Of a DNA stretch of 64,000 bases, positions 21,717-31,431 are shown in pieces. The notes beneath the pieces are model-generated. The model ran no database searches. It worked only from the letters and a program-made list of their open reading frames with translations, and had not been told where the DNA came from. Position numbers and translations under genes: made by a program. How positions within the stretch are numbered: position 1 is the stretch's first letter; every line of letters begins with the position of its first letter. The DNA is from an uncultured Pelagibacteraceae bacterium (GTDB lineage Bacteria > Pseudomonadota > Alphaproteobacteria > Pelagibacterales > Pelagibacteraceae): NCBI GenBank assembly GCA_902525935.1, contig CABZJA010000004.1, positions 19,831 to 83,830 of the forward strand, read 5' to 3'.

Positions 21717-23655
21717 AGGAAGAAATATCGAAAAGGGTAGAGTTATAACAAGGAGGATGTTTATTCTGGCTGCTGCAAAAATATTACTTTTTGCTGGTAT
21801 ATCATCAAGGTTATATAATTTACAAATTTCTGACAGAGAAAAGTATGAAATTTTATCTGATAAAAATAGGATACGTGAATGGAAAACTCCTCCTCAGAGA
21901 GGTATAATTCTAGATAATTTTAATAAAGTACTAGCAAGTAACGATAGAGTGTTTCAGCTACACTTAATATTAGATGAAATTAATGATTTTGATGTAACAA
22001 TATTCAAAATTAAAAATTTAATTGGTTTAGATCAGTTTCAAATTAAAAAATTATATAAAAAAAAGGAGAGATTAAAACCGTGGGATACATTAGTAGTTTC
22101 AGATAATTTAACTTGGGAACAATTCTCAAAAATTAATCTATATTTACATGAATTAGAAGGTGCAAAACCTGTATTATCGACATCTAGGTTTTATCCCTAT
22201 GCGAATGACTTGGTACATATAGTTGGTTATGTTGGTGACGCTAGTCCAAAAGATCTTGAAAAACCTGAGATAAAAGAAAATTTTGTTCCAGGTCTAAAAG
22301 TTGGAAAATATGGAATAGAAAATTCACAAGAGAAAATGTTAATTGGTAACTACGGCATTAAAAGATATGAAGTCAATGCATCTGGAAAAAGAATAAGCCA
22401 AATAGATTATATTAAAGAAAGACAAGGTAATAAAGTTAACTTAACTATAGATATAGAAATTCAAAAATATGCCCAAGAGCTACTTAAAGGAAAAGCAGGC
22501 TCAATATGCGCAATGGACATATATACCGGAGAAGTTGTTGCAATGGCATCATCACCAACCTATGATCCAAATAAATTTACACACGGAATTAATCAAAAAG
22601 ATTGGCAAGAAATCAGAAATAATCCTCTAAAACCATTAATAAATAAGTCTATTGCAGGACTTTATTCTCCCGGTTCAACTTTTAAGCCATTAGTTGCTCT
22701 AGCAGCTCTAGAATATGGAATATTAGATCCCAACAAAACTATAAGATGCAAAGGTCATAAGCATCCATATGAACTATATGGAGTTAAATATCATTGTTGG
22801 AAAAAAGAAGGTCACGGTTACATGAAGTTGAGAAATGCAATCAAACAATCTTGCGATATTTACTTTTATGAAATGGCAAGATTATTAGGTGTTGATAAAT
22901 TATCTATAATTGCAAAAAGATATGGGCTAGGGACTAATGTACTTGGAGATCTTTATAACGACGAAAAAAATGGATTGGTTCCAGATACTAAATGGAAGAG
23001 ACGTGCATTGGAGCAAAGTTGGTATTTAGGAGAAACTGTTATCAATGGTATTGGGCAAGGCTATATCCAAACTACTCCACTTCAACTTTGTCTAATGACT
23101 GCACAAATTGCAAATGGAGGATATAAAATAAAGCCTCATATCTTAAAAGATAAGTCTATAAATTATAAGAGCATAATAAATAAAATTAAATTAGATCAAT
23201 CTAATTTTCCATTGCATGAAAGAAATTACTTAGATGACATAAAAGTTGAATTTTATCAAAGAATGTATCACAAAAAGTCTAATATTAATTTTGTTTTAGA
23301 TGCAATGTTTGGCTCTACGAATGAGCAATATGGAACATCATACAAATCTCGTTACGATAATCCCAAATATCAATTTGCTGGTAAAACTGGAACATCGCAA
23401 GTTAGAAGAATAACTGATCTTGATAGAGAACTAGATTTAGATACTGATCAAATTGAGTATAAAAAAAGAGACCATGCACTGTATGTTGCTTTTGCACCAT
23501 ATAAGGACCCACGATATGCAATAAGTATTATTATTGAACATGGAGGCTCTGGAAGTAAAGTAGCTGCTCCGCTCGCAAACAAATTGATCAAAAAAATTAT
23601 CGACAGACATAAATTAAGAGAACAATTTAATAACGGAAATACAAGTTTAGCATAA
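21706..23655 (+). CDS. mrdA: Penicillin-binding protein 2
   Basis: STFK, SCD, KTGT motifs. Confidence 0.96.
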   Translation: MLNRGRNIEKGRVITRRMFILAAAKILLFAGISSRLYNLQISDREKYEILSDKNRIREWKTPPQRGIILDNFNKVLASNDRVFQLHLILDEINDFDVTIFKIKNLIGLDQFQIKKLYKKKERLKPWDTLVVSDNLTWEQFSKINLYLHELEGAKPVLSTSRFYPYANDLVHIVGYVGDASPKDLEKPEIKENFVPGLKVGKYGIENSQEKMLIGNYGIKRYEVNASGKRISQIDYIKERQGNKVNLTIDIEIQKYAQELLKGKAGSICAMDIYTGEVVAMASSPTYDPNKFTHGINQKDWQEIRNNPLKPLINKSIAGLYSPGSTFKPLVALAALEYGILDPNKTIRCKGHKHPYELYGVKYHCWKKEGHGYMKLRNAIKQSCDIYFYEMARLLGVDKLSIIAKRYGLGTNVLGDLYNDEKNGLVPDTKWKRRALEQSWYLGETVINGIGQGYIQTTPLQLCLMTAQIANGGYKIKPHILKDKSINYKSIINKIKLDQSNFPLHERNYLDDIKVEFYQRMYHKKSNINFVLDAMFGSTNEQYGTSYKSRYDNPKYQFAGKTGTSQVRRITDLDRELDLDTDQIEYKKRDHALYVAFAPYKDPRYAISIIIEHGGSGSKVAAPLANKLIKKIIDRHKLREQFNNGNTSLA

Positions 23656-24785
23656 TGTTAAGAGAGAGAATACAAGCTAGTAATTATAGTTTTTTAGATA
23701 AATTAAGATCTATTGATTATTTATTGATATTGTTAATCATCGCGATTGGATCAATTAGTGTATTTGCAATTTACTCAACTGAGGGAGGAAAATTTTCTTT
23801 TTATACTAAAAATCACATAATAAGATTAGCCTTATTTTTTAGTTTATTTTTAGTCTTATCTTTTGTGAGAGTTTCAACTTGGTATAAAAATGCTTACTTA
23901 TTTTATATTGTTGGATTAGTTTTATTAATAACAGTTTTATTCTTTGGAATTTCAGCCTCAGGAGCAACAAGATGGATAAACTTATACTTTCTAAATTTAC
24001 AGCCTTCAGAGCTAATGAAGATTGCGGTAATAATATGTTTTGCTAGATATTATCATAGGATTCAAAGCTCAGATATTCAAAGCTATAAATTTTTAATTCA
24101 ACCAATTATACTTTTAATAATTCCTTGTTATCTTGTTATAGAGCAACCTGATTTAGGTACTTCTATTTTAATTGCAGGAAGTGGTATTTCTATAATTTGG
24201 TTGGCAGGTCTTAATATTAAATACTTTATTTACTCGGGATTATTGTTATTGGTCTCATTACCTTTTGCTATATCCATTTTAAAACCTTATCAAAAATCGA
24301 GAATTCTAACTTTCTTTAATCCTGATAGAGATCCCCTAGGAGCTGGTTATCAAATAATTCAATCAAAAATAGCTATTGGATCTGGGGGTTTTTTTGGTAA
24401 AGGATATCTAAAAGGAACTCAAAGCTATCTAGAATTTTTACCTGAAAAACATACTGACTTTATATTTACACTTTTTTCAGAGGAGTTCGGGTTTCTTGGG
24501 TCAATTATACTTTTATTTTTATACATATTATTAATTTATAGAATAATAAATGTTGGGCTAGTCTCAAGGAGTTTCTTTGCAAAATTATATTGTTTTGGTT
24601 TTGCTACAGCAATTTTTTTATATGTATTTGTTAACATAGCAATGGTTTTAGGAATGCTACCAATTGTTGGTGCACCATTACCTATAATGTCTTATGGTGG
24701 ATCATCATTGTTATCTATTATGCTAGGGTTAAGTATTGTTATGAGTTGTAAAATATATAATCAGGAACAAATATCAGTTTATTAG
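23655..24785 (+). CDS. rodA: SEDS glycosyltransferase RodA
   Basis: QPSELMK, QPDLGT, LPEKHTDFIF, SYGGSS. Confidence 0.96.
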   Translation: MLRERIQASNYSFLDKLRSIDYLLILLIIAIGSISVFAIYSTEGGKFSFYTKNHIIRLALFFSLFLVLSFVRVSTWYKNAYLFYIVGLVLLITVLFFGISASGATRWINLYFLNLQPSELMKIAVIICFARYYHRIQSSDIQSYKFLIQPIILLIIPCYLVIEQPDLGTSILIAGSGISIIWLAGLNIKYFIYSGLLLLVSLPFAISILKPYQKSRILTFFNPDRDPLGAGYQIIQSKIAIGSGGFFGKGYLKGTQSYLEFLPEKHTDFIFTLFSEEFGFLGSIILLFLYILLIYRIINVGLVSRSFFAKLYCFGFATAIFLYVFVNIAMVLGMLPIVGAPLPIMSYGGSSLLSIMLGLSIVMSCKIYNQEQISVY

Positions 24786-26075
24786 CTATTTTCCATCTAC
24801 AGCAACAATCGTTAAATCATCTTTTTGGATATGACCTGCGCCAAGAATGTCATCAATCATTATTTTAAGTCTGTCGTTGATCGCAGTTGATTGATATTTC
24901 TTAATATAATTTTCAAAACCTTCAGAGCCCAACATTTCTCCACTTGGGTTTTTTATTTCAGTAATTCCATCTGTAAAAATATACATTGAGCTATTTTCGA
25001 AACGAATAGTGTGTTCAGGATATTTTGTTTTAGGCATTATACCTAAAGGGGGACCAGCCTCAGAAAAATTACTAAATGTTCCATCAGCAGATAAAATTAA
25101 TGGAGGTTCATGACCTGCACTTGAAAGGAGTAACTCTTTTTTATTTGAGTCGTATATTCCAATTAACATTGTTACAAACATACCTCTTGAGATTGTTTCA
25201 CATATTTCATTATTAAGCTGAAACAATAGATCTGATGCAGAAAAATTGGTTTTGCTTAAACATCTATACAAACTAGAAGCTTTAGACATTAAGAGTGATG
25301 ATTTAATTCCTTTTCCAGATACATCTGCAACTCCAAATCCATATTTTCCATCTCCTAAATCAGAAAAATTATAAAAATCTCCAGAAACAACTTTTGCTGG
25401 TATATTTATTCCTGAAATCGGAAAATCTCTCTCTTTATTTTTAGATAATAAAGATTTTTGAATTTCTCCAACAATTTCTACTTCTTTTTGAATTTTATTT
25501 TTTTCTACCATTTCTTTTGCCATCTTTGCATTTCTAATTGCTAATGCTGCAGGAGCAGAAAGCGTTTCTAAAAGTTTTCTGTCATCTTCAATAAACAATT
25601 TATCTTCAGTTTTTTTATTTAAACAATGAATAACCCCAATACATTCATTTGCTGCAATCAAAGGTGAACATAAAACCGAATATGTCGTAAAATTTGTTTT
25701 ATTATCTAAGTCAAAATAAAACTCTGCTATTTCACGCACATCTTTTCTAACATTACCGACACGAATACACTTTCTTTGCTGAACAGCTTTACCCATAACA
25801 CCATCTTTTAAATCTAATTCATATTCATCTAAATAATCTTGATGAAGTGAAGCGATACATTCAAATTTTTTCTTTTGCTCATTTATAAGAAAAATGTTTG
25901 CAGCTTCCGCATTCAGTCTTGCAATAATTACTCTAAGTGCATTCATTAAAGTTTCATTTAAATCAAGAGAGAGAGCAAAGTCTTGATTCATTTTTGTGAC
26001 AAGCTCTAAATCAACATTAACTTGTTCAGCCTCTTTTTTAGGTTCGATCGGTTTTTTTGATTTAAATAGAAACAT
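24786..26075 (-). CDS. GAF-domain PP2C/SpoIIE (RsbU-like) Ser phosphatase
   Basis: N-terminal GAF (SVLCSPL, LNKK); PP2C motifs VSGDFY, ADVSGKG, FTDG, DDLT. Confidence 0.92.
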   Translation of the reverse strand: MFLFKSKKPIEPKKEAEQVNVDLELVTKMNQDFALSLDLNETLMNALRVIIARLNAEAANIFLINEQKKKFECIASLHQDYLDEYELDLKDGVMGKAVQQRKCIRVGNVRKDVREIAEFYFDLDNKTNFTTYSVLCSPLIAANECIGVIHCLNKKTEDKLFIEDDRKLLETLSAPAALAIRNAKMAKEMVEKNKIQKEVEIVGEIQKSLLSKNKERDFPISGINIPAKVVSGDFYNFSDLGDGKYGFGVADVSGKGIKSSLLMSKASSLYRCLSKTNFSASDLLFQLNNEICETISRGMFVTMLIGIYDSNKKELLLSSAGHEPPLILSADGTFSNFSEAGPPLGIMPKTKYPEHTIRFENSSMYIFTDGITEIKNPSGEMLGSEGFENYIKKYQSTAINDRLKIMIDDILGAGHIQKDDLTIVAVDGK

Positions 26076-26243
26076 TTATTTATCTAGCATTTTAAGCAAT
26101 TTTTGGTAAATCTTTCAACAATGGAGATTATAATTAATACACCTAATTTATACATTCACCTTCAGGATGCAGTACTTATAGTTCAGTATGTAATAAATGG
26201 ATTAATCCACATTTCATCAAACATTAAATTATAATCAGTTTCT

Positions 26244-27005
26244 GTGGATCTAATATTTGTAATTATTCTTGGAGGTCTATGGGGTAGTTTTGCAAATGTT
26301 TGTATTTATAGACTCCCTATAGGCAAAGGGGTTGTATCTGGAAGATCATTTTGTCCAAACTGTAAAAAATTAATTACTTGGAAAGATAATATTCCTATAA
26401 TTTCATTTCTATTTTTAAATGGCAAATGCAGAAGTTGTAAAAAAAAAATTTCATTTCAGTATTTAATAATTGAGGTAATTACAATTATTTATTTTTTAGT
26501 TGTATATTACTTATATGGAATCACTACAACAACTTTACTATTTTTAATTTTGGGATTATCTTTTATTATAATTTTCTTCATAGATCTAAAGCATTATATA
26601 ATTCCTAATGTATTAACTTTTTCTTTGATGATTATTGGTTTCATAAAATCTTTTGATCCAAATTTAAATCCAATTTTTCCAAATTTTATCAATTCTTTAA
26701 TTGGAGGAATTTTTGGTTATTTAATTATTTGGTCTATAATTTATTTTTACAAACAAATCAGAAAAAAAGAGGGGATGGGTTTAGGAGATGCAAAACTTTT
26801 ATCAGCAATTGGTTTTTGGTTTGGATGGATCTCAATACCATTTGTAATATTTCTATCATCTATAATTGCTTTGTTAAATGTTATGCCAAGTTTGTTGAAA
26901 AATTCAAAATCAATGTCCTCACAAATACCTTTTGGACCATACATAATAATTGGAACATTAGTTTATCTTTTTTTTGAAAATAGCCTTAAATCACTTCTAT
27001 TTTAA
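26244..27005 (+). CDS. pilD: Prepilin peptidase / N-methyltransferase
   Basis: GSFANVCIYRLP, CPNC...CRSC, FIDLKH, GMGLGDAKL, PFGPY. Confidence 0.95.
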   Translation: MDLIFVIILGGLWGSFANVCIYRLPIGKGVVSGRSFCPNCKKLITWKDNIPIISFLFLNGKCRSCKKKISFQYLIIEVITIIYFLVVYYLYGITTTTLLFLILGLSFIIIFFIDLKHYIIPNVLTFSLMIIGFIKSFDPNLNPIFPNFINSLIGGIFGYLIIWSIIYFYKQIRKKEGMGLGDAKLLSAIGFWFGWISIPFVIFLSSIIALLNVMPSLLKNSKSMSSQIPFGPYIIIGTLVYLFFENSLKSLLF

Positions 27006-27047
27006 AGAATTAAATCACAGACGGTACCTAGAACTATTTCGTTAAAA

Positions 27048-29630
27048 ATGTTTAAGTATTTAAATATGAGATATTTTTTAATATTTTTATTCTTAGTTAG
27101 TTATAATCAAATATTTTTAAATATAAGCAAAGCCGAAGATATAACGATTTCTTCTAATCAGTCTACTCAGATAGTAATGTCAAATAACGATACACTGACA
27201 GTTCAGAGTGGTGTCACGGTGAATACTAGTGCTGACGACTCTGTGGAGTTTGAAGGTCATAGTTTTTCTACAAGTGATACTGTAGTGACTAATGCCGGAA
27301 CAATCATTGGTACGGCTGATACACTTCAAGGCCAGAGTTCAACAAACTTTACTTTAAATAATACTGGAACAATAGAAGCAACACAGTCAAATTGTGGACG
27401 TGCACCTGCTGTCCACTTACACAGAGCTAATGGTACTGTGACAATTGTAAATAGTGGCACCATCACTTCTGGTTCTAGTGATACTATTAAAACTCACGAC
27501 TCAAGTATAACACTTTCAATTACTAACTCAGGAACTATTTCTGGTTGTCAAAGAGTTCTTAATATTGGACAAATGAATAGCGGAGTTCAAGCTACTTTAA
27601 ATAACTCAGGAACTATTTCTGGAACATCCAATGTGCTCTATATATATTCAGCTGGAACTGATGTGGGAATAGGATCTATTACTAATTCTGGAACCATTTC
27701 TGCAAGCAACGGTTATGTTACTGAAATTAATAATGTAAATGACGTTACCATCACCAATACAGGAACTATATCAGGAACAAGTGATGCAATAAAAGAAATT
27801 GGTAAAAATAGTTCTAATGGAAATGTAATAGTTAATAAGGGAACTATATCAAGTGGTAATAGTGACCACGATCTTGTGGTAGTTGCCTCAGATGGATTAC
27901 AATCGCTAACAAATGATCAAGGTGGAAATGATGCTTTAAAATTAGAAGGCTATCTTCCTGTAAATTATGTCTTCCTAGCAAACAGCACAACTGATTATGG
28001 AAAGCTAGCTGTTGATAGTCAAAATGGTGCAACTACTTTTAGTATTAGCACAGATTCTGCTTTGTCAGCAGGGACTTATACTAGTGTTATAACAGGAGTA
28101 TCATCTAGTAGATTTACAGCTGGTTCTACAGGCACAGTCACTGTAACAAATGGAAAGTTCAATTGGACACTTACAGAAACATCTTCAGGAAGCACTAATT
28201 GGAATTTAGTTGTTACAAATTTTGATAATGATTCTCCAACTTTATCATCTTCAAGTCCATCTGATAATGCAACAGAAGTTGCAACAGATGCTAATATAGT
28301 TTTAACTTTTAGTGAAGTAGTTGATGCTGAAAGTGGAAATATTACTATTAAAAAGACTTCGGATGATAGTACTATTGAAACAATTGATGTTACCGGAGCC
28401 AAAGTCAGTGGTAGTGGCTCAACAGCAATTACTATTAACCCAAGCACAGATTTAACAGCCGATATTGATTATTATATTTTAATAGATGCTAATGCTTTTG
28501 ATGATACTGCTGGAAATTCATATGCTGGTATATCAAGCACAACGGCTTTAAATTTTTCTACGAAACCTGGAGAAGTTTATAGTGAGACCGTAAAGACTCT
28601 TACAAAAAATCAAACCGTAGCTGCTATAAATTCTTTAAACCAGTCTTTAAATAGAATTTCAGGAAGAATGAATTATATAAGATCTACAAATAATAATTCC
28701 TCAAATCAAAACATAAGATTAGCAATGAACTTTGACAATCAACTATTAGCTCAACAAATAAATTCACTTTCAGCTAAACTAATTAAAAAAGAAAAAAAGA
28801 CTGAAAAATGGGGAGTTTGGAGTGAAGGTAGTATATCATTTGGTAGAATAGGGCAGCAAGATGGGAATTTAGGTCAAGATATCCATAGTGATGGAATTAC
28901 TTTTGGAATTGATAAGAAAATAAATGAAGATAAGACTATTGGTTTTGCAATCAATAAATCATGGCAAGAAACTGAGGTAGGTAGCAATGAAGCAAATATG
29001 GATGCTGCCACAATAAGTATTATGAATTACACAAGTTTTAAAATTGAAGACAAAAGATTTTTCGAAATGGTTGCTGGCATTGGAGAAATGGATATAGATT
29101 TAAGCAGGGATGTTACAAGTGGAAAAAATAAAGGAGATAGAAAAGGAAACCAACTTTTTGGAAGCTTCACTTATTTATTAGAACCTGATGTTGAAATTGT
29201 AGGTAGATATTTAAATTATTATTCTAGACTTGATTTAGGATTTACTCAACTAAAGGCATATACAGAGACAGGTGATGGAACAGCTGTTAGCTACAATAAA
29301 CAAAATGTTAAAAGTGCATCTCTATCTGCAGGTTTAAATTTAAGTAAAGTTATTGAGAGTAAAAAAGGTATATTTGAACCGTCATTTAAATTTGAACTAG
29401 GAAAAAATAAAACAATTAATTCATTATCAGAGGCTTATTATATTAATAATGCCTCTGAAATTTTTAGTAATGCTATAGGAGATCAAAATTCGGGGCATTT
29501 ATTGTTGAATTTAGGAATTGGGGCAAAACTCAACAATAATTTAACCATAAATGCATCATATGAACACTACAGAAGTAGCGATGATGCTTTTAATAATAAT
29601 TTTTCAATTTATTTAAGAAAACCTTTATAA
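27048..29630 (+). CDS. Autotransporter adhesin: beta-helical passenger, Ig-like (Big_5-type) domain, C-terminal beta-barrel
   Basis: Signal peptide; many N(S/T)GTI repeats; SSPSDNAT...LTFSE Ig-like domain; WGVWSEG...GIDKK barrel; start may be 27066. Confidence 0.88.
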   Translation: MFKYLNMRYFLIFLFLVSYNQIFLNISKAEDITISSNQSTQIVMSNNDTLTVQSGVTVNTSADDSVEFEGHSFSTSDTVVTNAGTIIGTADTLQGQSSTNFTLNNTGTIEATQSNCGRAPAVHLHRANGTVTIVNSGTITSGSSDTIKTHDSSITLSITNSGTISGCQRVLNIGQMNSGVQATLNNSGTISGTSNVLYIYSAGTDVGIGSITNSGTISASNGYVTEINNVNDVTITNTGTISGTSDAIKEIGKNSSNGNVIVNKGTISSGNSDHDLVVVASDGLQSLTNDQGGNDALKLEGYLPVNYVFLANSTTDYGKLAVDSQNGATTFSISTDSALSAGTYTSVITGVSSSRFTAGSTGTVTVTNGKFNWTLTETSSGSTNWNLVVTNFDNDSPTLSSSSPSDNATEVATDANIVLTFSEVVDAESGNITIKKTSDDSTIETIDVTGAKVSGSGSTAITINPSTDLTADIDYYILIDANAFDDTAGNSYAGISSTTALNFSTKPGEVYSETVKTLTKNQTVAAINSLNQSLNRISGRMNYIRSTNNNSSNQNIRLAMNFDNQLLAQQINSLSAKLIKKEKKTEKWGVWSEGSISFGRIGQQDGNLGQDIHSDGITFGIDKKINEDKTIGFAINKSWQETEVGSNEANMDAATISIMNYTSFKIEDKRFFEMVAGIGEMDIDLSRDVTSGKNKGDRKGNQLFGSFTYLLEPDVEIVGRYLNYYSRLDLGFTQLKAYTETGDGTAVSYNKQNVKSASLSAGLNLSKVIESKKGIFEPSFKFELGKNKTINSLSEAYYINNASEIFSNAIGDQNSGHLLLNLGIGAKLNNNLTINASYEHYRSSDDAFNNNFSIYLRKPL
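27524..27622 (+). repeat. Exact 21-bp direct repeat within autotransporter passenger
   Basis: TAACTCAGGAACTATTTCTGG at 27524-27544 and 27602-27622 (NSGTISG). Confidence 0.85.
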
Positions 29631-29638
29631 TTAAAATT

Positions 29639-30517
29639 ATGTTTAATAAAATAATTGAAGATATATCAAAAGTAATTGTAGGAAATGAAGAGAAGATTAA
29701 ATTAACTTTAGCTGCAATTATTACTCAGGGAAGCATTTTAATTGAAGATTATCCTGGCTCAGGAAAAACCACTTTTGCAAAAGCAATAACATCAAGCTTA
29801 GGGCTTAACTTTAAAAGAATTCAATTCACATCTGATTTATTACCCAGTGACGTTCTCGGATTTAATATTTTATCTGATGATAAGTTAAAATTTCAGAAAG
29901 GCCCCATTTTTACAAATATTGTTTTGGCAGATGAATTAAATAGGGGGAGTCCAAAAGCTCAAAGCGCATTCTTAGAAGCAATGGAAGAAAAAAATGTAAC
30001 TATAGATGGTGAAAGCTATAATTTACCAGAACCATTTTTTGTCATTGCAACTCAAAATCCTATGGATAACTCTGGAACAAGTTCTTTACCAGATTCACAA
30101 TTGGATCGTTTCATGATCTCTTACTCACTATCTGACCTAGGTCAAAACGAAAAAATTATAATGTTAAAAAAGAATATTACTTTTTCAAATTCTGTAAGTG
30201 AAACAATTAATTGGTCTCAAATTAATGATAAAAAAAATGAAATAACTGTAAAAGACGAAATCTATCAATATGTTGTTGAAATAGAACAAACAATCAAAGC
30301 TTTAGGACAAAATATCTATATTTCAGCAAGATGCATGAAGCAAATAATTGACTTAGCCAAAGGTTGGTCAATTATTCATGGGAAAGAGTATGTTTCCCAC
30401 CAAGATATAAAAGACACAATACCTTATATTTTAAGGCATAGAATAAAGTTTTTAAATCAAGGTGATAAACTTAGTTATGTTAATAAAGAAATCCTTGAAA
30501 AAATTAACATTGGATAA
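29639..30517 (+). CDS. MoxR-family AAA+ ATPase
   Basis: EDYPGSGKT, RIQFTSDLLPSD, LADELNR, ATQNP, QLDRF. Confidence 0.93.
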   Translation: MFNKIIEDISKVIVGNEEKIKLTLAAIITQGSILIEDYPGSGKTTFAKAITSSLGLNFKRIQFTSDLLPSDVLGFNILSDDKLKFQKGPIFTNIVLADELNRGSPKAQSAFLEAMEEKNVTIDGESYNLPEPFFVIATQNPMDNSGTSSLPDSQLDRFMISYSLSDLGQNEKIIMLKKNITFSNSVSETINWSQINDKKNEITVKDEIYQYVVEIEQTIKALGQNIYISARCMKQIIDLAKGWSIIHGKEYVSHQDIKDTIPYILRHRIKFLNQGDKLSYVNKEILEKINIG

Positions 30518-31431
30518 TGGAAGTCCAATCAAGAATTTTTAGCTTTAATTTCAAAAGTTTACTTAATCTTAAAAAAGATGCAAAAATTTATATTTATCCC
30601 AACCTTAATGGTTTAGGCTTAGGCTTATTTATTTTTTTTTGTTTTTTAATCTCAGTTTTTTATGAAAATAATTCAGGACTATTAGTTTCAATAGTAATTT
30701 TCTTTGTTTTTTTTATATCAATATTTATTTCACACCAAAATATAAGTAAACTCGATTTTATATGCAAAGAAGAGTATTTAGTTGAAGCAGAAACTGTAAA
30801 TTCAATTAGTTTTCAAATCTTAAATTCATCAAAAGAAAAAAAAATTAACATTGATATAGAATACAATAAAAAAAAAGTTGGTAATTATAATTTTAACGAC
30901 AGAATTAATTTTTTTAAAATAGAGTATAAAAGTAAGTTTAGAGGTAAATCTAATTTTAATCCAATAACACTTAAATCGATTTATCCTTTTGGAGTGATGA
31001 GAACAAAAGTTATTTTTAATCCAAAGAGTGAAATAATAATTTATCCAAAAAAAATTCTTCCAAGCGACGAATTATTAAGAGAATTTAAAATAATTAATAT
31101 TATTAATGCAGATGAATTTGATGGTATTGATGAATTTAAAAATGGAGATAGTTTTTCTAAAATTGCATGGAAAAAATCGACAATTAGCGACAAAAGATAT
31201 GTAAAAACTTTCAGTGATACTGAAAAATTGTCAAATTTAATTTTAGATTTAGATAAATATCCAAATATTGAATTTGAAAAATTACTAAATTACTCATCTT
31301 ATATAGTTAATTATTGTTATGAAAAAAAATTGAATTTGAAAATAAAGCATAAAGAACACGAGTTATACCTAAACGATAACAATCAATCTTTTAATCGAAT
31401 ATTAAAATATTTTGCTAATGTTAAAAATTAA
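30517..31431 (+). CDS. DUF58-family protein
   Basis: SIYPFG, EFDGIDEFKNGDSFSKIAWKKS; position between MoxR and TgpA. Confidence 0.8.
   Translation: MEVQSRIFSFNFKSLLNLKKDAKIYIYPNLNGLGLGLFIFFCFLISVFYENNSGLLVSIVIFFVFFISIFISHQNISKLDFICKEEYLVEAETVNSISFQILNSSKEKKINIDIEYNKKKVGNYNFNDRINFFKIEYKSKFRGKSNFNPITLKSIYPFGVMRTKVIFNPKSEIIIYPKKILPSDELLREFKIINIINADEFDGIDEFKNGDSFSKIAWKKSTISDKRYVKTFSDTEKLSNLILDLDKYPNIEFEKLLNYSSYIVNYCYEKKLNLKIKHKEHELYLNDNNQSFNRILKYFANVKN

Noticed and set aside
27280-27860. Regularly spaced repeats resembling a CRISPR array
   Set aside because: Repeats are degenerate, in frame and encode NxGTI beta-helix units; no cas genes in the window
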